Source of the DNA: Candidatus Undinarchaeales archaeon
GTDB lineage: Archaea; SpSt-1190; JASMDC01
Assembly: GCA_030753015.1 (NCBI GenBank)
Contig: JASMDC010000022.1
Span: 1 to 62,794 of the forward strand
DNA: 62,794 nucleotides
Direction: 5' to 3'
The first letter of the stretch is position 1, and every line of letters starts with the position of its first letter. Under the pieces are notes generated by a model. That model did not search any database. It was given only the letters and a program-made list of their open reading frames with translations, and was not told the DNA's origin. Both the position numbers and the translations under genes were made by a program. This document shows positions 57,155 through 62,794 of the stretch, in pieces.

Positions 57155-59632
57155 ATGCTTCTCCACGTGGAGCGTCTTCGCGGAAGGAACCTACGGGCCT
57201 GGTATCTTGACGGTGAGGTCACACCTACCATCATCGAGGACTTCTTTCCGTACTTCAAGGCACGGCTCACCGAAACGTCAGCATTGGACGCCATCAAGAC
57301 GCTGGAGGGCGTGCGTGCGGTGGAGCCTTTCCTAAAAGATGAGGGGATCTGGCGGGTCGTAGTGGAGGAGCCGTCCAACACGCCAAAAGTATCTCGTGCG
57401 GCCAAGGACATCTCCGGTGTCGAAGAGGTGTACGAGAACGACATCGTGTTCCTCCAGCGCTTCTGCTATGATCGCGTGGACGACCTCTTCGCAGGGAACG
57501 CTTTCGAGGATCTGTGTGTCCTTGCTTTTGACATCGAGACACAGTTCGAACACAACCGCATTCCCGAGGCCACCCACCATGCCGTGACCCATATAGCGCT
57601 ACGCTGGTCCAATCGGGAGGGAAAGGTGGACTCGGTCCTGCTCCATGGTGAGGAGCGTGAGATGCTCGCGCGCTTCTGTGCCACCATACGCAAGGTCGAT
57701 CCGGACATCATCGTCACCTACAACGGCGATCAGTTCGATATGCCGTTCCTCATGGAGCGGTGCGAGCGGTTGGATGTGTCCTTCGACATCGCCCGGGCAG
57801 GTCTGAAGAGCCGCATCGCTCGAGGAAGGATGTGCGGACGACTGCGCGAGGCCCGGAACCTCGTGGTCGTCCCCGGACGTATCCATGTGGACCTGTATGT
57901 TCTGGTCAAGCGCAATCCCCGGCTGGCCCTGCTGCTCGAGAACTTCTCCCTGGACGAGGTCGCACGTGTGCTCAACATCCGAAAGGTTCACTCCGCGTCT
58001 GTTTGGGACGAAGAGGACCTTGATCCGACGGTCGTTGGTGAGAAGTGCATCGAGGACACCGACGTGACGCTCCAGTTGGCCGATCGCCTCGTGCCTCAGG
58101 AGGTGGAGCTGGCCAAGGTCGTCAACCTGCCCCTGGACATCACTTATCGTTCTGGTAACTCCCATCTCATCGAGGGTCTGATGATCCGTGAGTACACTGC
58201 CGAGCACGTGGTACCGAACCGTCGCGGAAAGGTGGGAGTGCTAGAGCTGGCCGACGACCGGGGAAGGGACCGGTTCCTGGTCAACCGGAACCTCAAGAAC
58301 GTCAGTACCGTCCCCATCGACCTTGAGGGATACACTACCGATGTGGATGTACTCTCCAAGCTCCCGAGCGATGTCCTGAAAGACCTTCTGGAAGAGGTGG
58401 AGCCCGTGCTGCGAGAGTTCGCCGAGGTCACGATCATTGACCGCTACAAGGCCAACAAGAGCAAAGGCTGGCTCAAGGGTCGCCGATACGCTCTTGTACT
58501 CTCCTACGAGCAGCTCCCCTTCGACGAGCTGGAGCAGCTGCATCTCATCAACTGGGGACGTCCGGCCAAGTTCGCGGGCGGTTTCGTGGACATCCCCGCT
58601 CCGGGGCTCCATTCCACAGTGGCGAAGTTCGATGTCCAGTCCATGTACCCCTTCATCATGCTCGTGTTCGGGATCCGACCTCGTTCCGATACCCTGGACG
58701 CGTACCTTCCCCTCTTGGAACGCCTCACTCGATGGCGACTTGAGATCAAGGAGGATATGAAGGCCGAGCAGGCCGACCGGGCCGCGCTCGATGCCCGGCA
58801 GATGGCCCTCAAGGGTCTCATCAACAGCTTCTACGGCTACATGGCGTTCGCTTTCTCCCGGTGGCGCGACTATACCAAGGCCGCGGTCATCACCGCCAAG
58901 GGCCGGGAGATCATCCAGGATGCAATGGCCTACCTCGAGGAACGGGAGTGCACGGTCATCGAGGTGGATACGGACGGCATCTATTTCTCCGGAAGGGAGA
59001 CGAGGGAGGAGTACGAGGAGCTCTTGAAAGGTCTGAACACGCGCATGCCCGGAGAGAATGACGTGGCCATCACGCTAGAACTGGAGCAGATCATCCAGCG
59101 CGGGATCTTCTACAAGACAAAGAACTACGCCCTTCTCGTGGACGGTACCCTTGTGATGAAGGGGAGCTCTTTCAAGAGCAAGAAGCTGCCCCCCATCATC
59201 CGAAGCAGCATCGAGGCATACACACTGGCCCTCCTCAGGACCGGTGACCGCGACACTGCTCGCGAGACCGTGGCCGAGGTCAAAGAACGGCTCGCTGCCG
59301 GCAGGGTGGAACCACCGGAGGTCGCCATTAAAGAACGCCTGCTCAAACCACCGGGATCATACCCACCAGGCCAGTACCCCCACGCCGAGGCGGCCAAGCT
59401 CCTGGAGCAGGAGTTCGGGCAGTCAACAGGCCCGGGATTCCACGTACGGTACTTCGTGGCTAAGGGTATAGAGAAAGCTGTTGCGCCCCGTGCTCGCCCC
59501 CTGGAGCTTTTCGATCCCATGCAAGTGGACGCAGGGTACTACCTGGAGAAGCTCAACGACCGCCTCGGGCTCATCGAGGAGATGGCGTTCCCACGCCCCA
59601 AGCAGGTCCAATCGACGCTGTTCGGTTATTAA
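57155..59632 (+). CDS. Family B DNA polymerase with 3'-5' exonuclease, internal insert and PIP box
   Basis: FDIET, YNGDQFD, DVQSMYP, KGLINSFYG, DTDG and KNY motifs; C-terminal QSTLFGY. Confidence 0.93.
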   Translation: MLLHVERLRGRNLRAWYLDGEVTPTIIEDFFPYFKARLTETSALDAIKTLEGVRAVEPFLKDEGIWRVVVEEPSNTPKVSRAAKDISGVEEVYENDIVFLQRFCYDRVDDLFAGNAFEDLCVLAFDIETQFEHNRIPEATHHAVTHIALRWSNREGKVDSVLLHGEEREMLARFCATIRKVDPDIIVTYNGDQFDMPFLMERCERLDVSFDIARAGLKSRIARGRMCGRLREARNLVVVPGRIHVDLYVLVKRNPRLALLLENFSLDEVARVLNIRKVHSASVWDEEDLDPTVVGEKCIEDTDVTLQLADRLVPQEVELAKVVNLPLDITYRSGNSHLIEGLMIREYTAEHVVPNRRGKVGVLELADDRGRDRFLVNRNLKNVSTVPIDLEGYTTDVDVLSKLPSDVLKDLLEEVEPVLREFAEVTIIDRYKANKSKGWLKGRRYALVLSYEQLPFDELEQLHLINWGRPAKFAGGFVDIPAPGLHSTVAKFDVQSMYPFIMLVFGIRPRSDTLDAYLPLLERLTRWRLEIKEDMKAEQADRAALDARQMALKGLINSFYGYMAFAFSRWRDYTKAAVITAKGREIIQDAMAYLEERECTVIEVDTDGIYFSGRETREEYEELLKGLNTRMPGENDVAITLELEQIIQRGIFYKTKNYALLVDGTLVMKGSSFKSKKLPPIIRSSIEAYTLALLRTGDRDTARETVAEVKERLAAGRVEPPEVAIKERLLKPPGSYPPGQYPHAEAAKLLEQEFGQSTGPGFHVRYFVAKGIEKAVAPRARPLELFDPMQVDAGYYLEKLNDRLGLIEEMAFPRPKQVQSTLFGY

Positions 59633-59756
59633 GCCCGGAGGCCATTGACGCAATGTTTATATCCACGAAGCGCTATAGTATTATAGTCCGGATACTAACT
59701 TTGGAGGTGGGATTCGACTAGCATCAAGTTCGTAGACTTCACGTCAACGTAGGGAT

Positions 59757-62700
59757 ATGGCAGGGAGGCAAGTGCAACTCCTTAATAGCAAGACCAGTAT
59801 TAGCCAGCTTTTTCTAGGTCGTCCTCTATCATCTAGCCGCTTGTACCGCCTCCTGCGCGCCCGTGCCGCCAGAGTACGACCAGCCATCTCCCTCGCGTCC
59901 CTCTTCCTCCTCACCGCTTTCCTCGTGGTCCTCGCCGTCCAGCCAGCGCTCTCAGACAAGGTAAAGATCGAGCTCCTCGATTATAAAAACAACGTAGTCA
60001 AGACCATCGCCAACATCGCCTGCTCCTGTTCGTGCCCGTCGGGAACTGGTGTGTATAAGGAGCGATTGTGCGACTGCAGCTACAACCTCGGCAAGTTCTG
60101 CGGATCGCCGGGCCAGGTCAAGGCCCGCGCCACATGGACCAGCCACGGTACGAACTGCGACGGGAAAGCCACCCACGAGGCCTCCCAATCCACCATATTC
60201 AATGTCTACGAATGTGACGACGTTGCCTATGCCAAGATCTACCATGTCACCGCCGGCCAAATCGACACCACGGCAAAGAGCGGGTGCTCATGCTCGTGCC
60301 CCGAGGGGACGGGAGCGAACGCCAAGCGCAAGTGCGAGTGCAGCGTTAGTGTCAGCTCCAGCGGATGCAAGGTCCCCGGACAGTACCAAGCGGAGACATT
60401 CATCGATCACGCCCAGAACGAGTGCGACGGCAAGGCCAGCGCCAAGATTTCGAGCAACCTCGGCAAGAAGAACACCTTCGTCTGTAATATCATCGACAAA
60501 GGCACCTACTACGTGTACCCGCCCGGCGTGTCGAACCCCAAAACGAGCGGGTACGCCCACAAGAAGGACGTGGACTGTCCCGCATCCTGCCCATCGGACA
60601 AGGTGTATACATCGTCCTGCCCCAGCTATACTATTCCCGAGGCGTCAATCTGCACGGACCGTAGCGGATTCTACACCACGAACACCCGCATACAGCACAA
60701 GGGCAACTCGTGCAAGGACGGCAAGCCACTCCACTTCACCACAAGCTGGTCGGAAAATACGAACCTGAAGTCGTTCTCCTGCGCCATGGACACCAGCATG
60801 AAGATCACCTACAAGGGCGGCAGCCATACCTACTTCTCCAACAAGGCGATGAGCTGTCCCACAGACCAGTTCTCGCGCGATGGCGCAGACAACAGCGCAG
60901 TCATTGCGTGCTCCTACACGGGCTGGACCCCCACCACGTACGTCACCGTGGGCGGCGTGAAGCGGCAGTGCGACTATGAGGGGAATCATGTGATGACCGT
61001 CACGCTCTCCTTCTCCGGCAAGGAATGGGACGGGAAGACCCTGGGCGTGACGTCCCATACGATCTCAAACACAATCTACAACGTCAACTATGACGGTGAC
61101 TCGGGCAACTACTGCAAATCGAACACGCCCTGCTTCACCGACAAGACGATCGGGGCCAAGGACAGCGGTATCGGCTGGAGCATCGGCGGGGAAAAGTCCG
61201 CGTCGTCGTGCTGTGGCGACGATGCCAATGAATGGTACCGCACGTGCGAGACCACCGAGAGTGCGAACCCGAAGTCATGCGATGGCGACAACAGTGCATG
61301 CTGCTCCCACAGTACCGACTGTGTCGCCCACAACAAATGCTTTGCCCATGGCTGGAAAGGGGACAGCGACAGCGATAATGACCAGGAGGAATGCAGTAGC
61401 GGAGTGTGGAAGGACATCACGGACCAGGTGACCTACTACGTCTACCACCCTAACGGGGCCGTCGCCAAGACCAGCTCCGCTATGAACTGCGCGATCTCCT
61501 GCGACGGCGGCACGTACATGTCCAACTGCGGAAGCTTCACGATCGACGAGGCCGCCCTCTGCACGCAGAAAGGTGGTTTCTACAGTGTCCGTGCCAAGGT
61601 CACCCACGGCGGTAGCTCGTGCGTGACCGATGGTAACGCACTCAAATTCACGACCAGCTGGATAGATGACAGCAAGAAGAAGATATTCTCCTGCGGCCTG
61701 GACGCCTCGGCCCGCGTATGGTTCTTCGTTGGTGGCCATTACTTCGTCAATAACGTAGCCATGACCTGTCCCGACCTTATTGCGGATTACGTCGCCGGTC
61801 AGGGGGACGTCGGCCTCCATTCGTGCACATATAGTGGTTGGACGCCTCCGGCGGGTTCCTATGTCACCGTGAGCGGTGAGAAGCGTTACTGCCAGAAGGA
61901 AGGTGATTACAAGACCAAGGTGCAGTTCACCTTCTCCGGCAAGAACTGGGATGGCACCAGCCTCCATACAGGCTCCCATCTCAAGGAGACGATCGAGGTC
62001 ACCAAGTACAACGTCGCCTGGGACGGACACTCGGGGACATACTGTTCCACTTCCTGCTTCAGTGACAAGAGCTCGGGTGACAATGGCATCGGCTGGAACC
62101 TGGGTGGCGAAGTAGCCTCCACCACATGCTGCGGTGACGACAGCGGGGAGTGGTACCGCAAATGCTCCACGAACGAGCTGATCAAGAACGCATGTAATGG
62201 CGATACGATCGCTTGTTGCTCCCACAAGACCGATTGTGTCTCGAAGAACAAGTGCTACCATAATGGATGGCAGGGCGATGCGGACGGTGACAAGGCCTCG
62301 GAGAAGTGCAGCAGCGGCACATGGGAGGACGTCAAGGAGTATGCGCAGATCAAGGTGTACCACGCAACGGCGGGTCTCATAAAAACCCAGAACAATGTAG
62401 TGTGCTCCACATCATGCCCGAGCGGGACGAGCGGCCAAGCGCAGAGCTACCAGGAGTGCTCCTGGTCATATCCCAGCTCGACGTGCAAGATCCCCGGCAA
62501 GTATCAGGCCGAGGTCACCCTCGACCACAACCAGCCCACCTGTAGCGGAGGTGCCATGGAAACAGGGGCCCCCTCCAAGATCGGCAAGCACGACCTGTTC
62601 ACCTGCAACATCATCGACAAGGGCACCTACTACGTGTACCCACCCGGCGTAACTAATCCCAAAACGAGCGGTTACTCGCACAAGAAGGACGTGGACTGTC

Positions 62701-62794
62701 CCGCGTCATGTCCCTCTGACAAGGTGTATACATCGTCCTGCCCCAGCTATACTATTCCCGAGGCGTCAATCTGCACGGACCGTAGCGGATTCTA
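59757..62794 (+). CDS. Giant secreted Cys-rich repeat surface protein (3' truncated; not in ORF track)
   Basis: Manual translation open from ATG 59757; hydrophobic signal (LASLFLLTAFLVVLAVQPA); CSCSCP and CCGDD motifs; no stop seen before the window end. Confidence 0.85.
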   Translation, partial: MAGRQVQLLNSKTSISQLFLGRPLSSSRLYRLLRARAARVRPAISLASLFLLTAFLVVLAVQPALSDKVKIELLDYKNNVVKTIANIACSCSCPSGTGVYKERLCDCSYNLGKFCGSPGQVKARATWTSHGTNCDGKATHEASQSTIFNVYECDDVAYAKIYHVTAGQIDTTAKSGCSCSCPEGTGANAKRKCECSVSVSSSGCKVPGQYQAETFIDHAQNECDGKASAKISSNLGKKNTFVCNIIDKGTYYVYPPGVSNPKTSGYAHKKDVDCPASCPSDKVYTSSCPSYTIPEASICTDRSGFYTTNTRIQHKGNSCKDGKPLHFTTSWSENTNLKSFSCAMDTSMKITYKGGSHTYFSNKAMSCPTDQFSRDGADNSAVIACSYTGWTPTTYVTVGGVKRQCDYEGNHVMTVTLSFSGKEWDGKTLGVTSHTISNTIYNVNYDGDSGNYCKSNTPCFTDKTIGAKDSGIGWSIGGEKSASSCCGDDANEWYRTCETTESANPKSCDGDNSACCSHSTDCVAHNKCFAHGWKGDSDSDNDQEECSSGVWKDITDQVTYYVYHPNGAVAKTSSAMNCAISCDGGTYMSNCGSFTIDEAALCTQKGGFYSVRAKVTHGGSSCVTDGNALKFTTSWIDDSKKKIFSCGLDASARVWFFVGGHYFVNNVAMTCPDLIADYVAGQGDVGLHSCTYSGWTPPAGSYVTVSGEKRYCQKEGDYKTKVQFTFSGKNWDGTSLHTGSHLKETIEVTKYNVAWDGHSGTYCSTSCFSDKSSGDNGIGWNLGGEVASTTCCGDDSGEWYRKCSTNELIKNACNGDTIACCSHKTDCVSKNKCYHNGWQGDADGDKASEKCSSGTWEDVKEYAQIKVYHATAGLIKTQNNVVCSTSCPSGTSGQAQSYQECSWSYPSSTCKIPGKYQAEVTLDHNQPTCSGGAMETGAPSKIGKHDLFTCNIIDKGTYYVYPPGVTNPKTSGYSHKKDVDCPASCPSDKVYTSSCPSYTIPEASICTDRSGF
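60483..60673 (+). repeat. Intragenic direct repeat, copy 1
   Basis: Near-identical to 62604-62794; the last 77 nt (60597-60673) are identical. Confidence 0.9.
62604..62794 (+). repeat. Intragenic direct repeat, copy 2 (offset 2121 nt = 707 codons)
   Basis: Same peptide CNIIDKGTYYVYPPG...ICTDRSGF; differences are mostly synonymous. Confidence 0.9.

Noticed and set aside
58223-58567. Intein in PolB
   Set aside because: No N-terminal Cys/Ser block, no His-Asn/Cys-Ser-Thr junction, and not at the usual polymerase motif insertion sites.
60483-62794. Near-identical repeat pair as a DGR template/variable repeat
   Set aside because: Differences are mostly synonymous and not adenine-specific; both copies are in frame in one gene; no reverse transcriptase is in the window.
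1-62794. Numerous long antisense and alternate-frame ORFs (e.g. 36858-38075, 29810-30703, 61275-62363)
   Set aside because: They overlap well-supported genes and are expected shadows in high-GC DNA; no motifs recognised.
1-62794. CRISPR array, tRNA or rRNA genes
   Set aside because: No regularly spaced short repeats, cloverleaf/T-loop signatures or rRNA motifs were seen by eye.

Overview
GC-rich archaeal chromosomal segment. Archaeal markers include TFE-alpha, Orc1/Cdc6, SepF, a PRC-barrel protein, MfnA-like decarboxylase, class III signal peptides and TTTA-type TATA boxes ~30 nt before many start codons. Housekeeping and metabolic genes: prs, pyrH, thpR, hutU, a three-subunit xanthine-dehydrogenase-family molybdoenzyme, a beta-CASP nuclease, a MATE pump and a K+ channel. 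There is an arsenic-resistance operon with a visible ArsR operator and an unlisted 47-aa Cys-rich gene, a surface/pilin-like cluster, and a giant Cys-rich repeat protein running off the right end. The most unusual items are: (i) a ~12 kb tailoring cluster combining a UbiU/UbiV-like U32 pair, a Tes(MJ0619)-like radical SAM, a B12 radical SAM, three GT-C-like membrane proteins and an ABC exporter; (ii) a decayed tnpB whose omegaRNA/right end is still recognisable, just upstream of DUF434-cdc6; (iii) a circularly permuted PafA-type alkaline phosphatase; (iv) a compact family-B polymerase with a ~115-aa non-intein insert and a PIP box. No rRNA, tRNA or CRISPR array was seen. All calls come from motif recognition by eye; no database searches were run.
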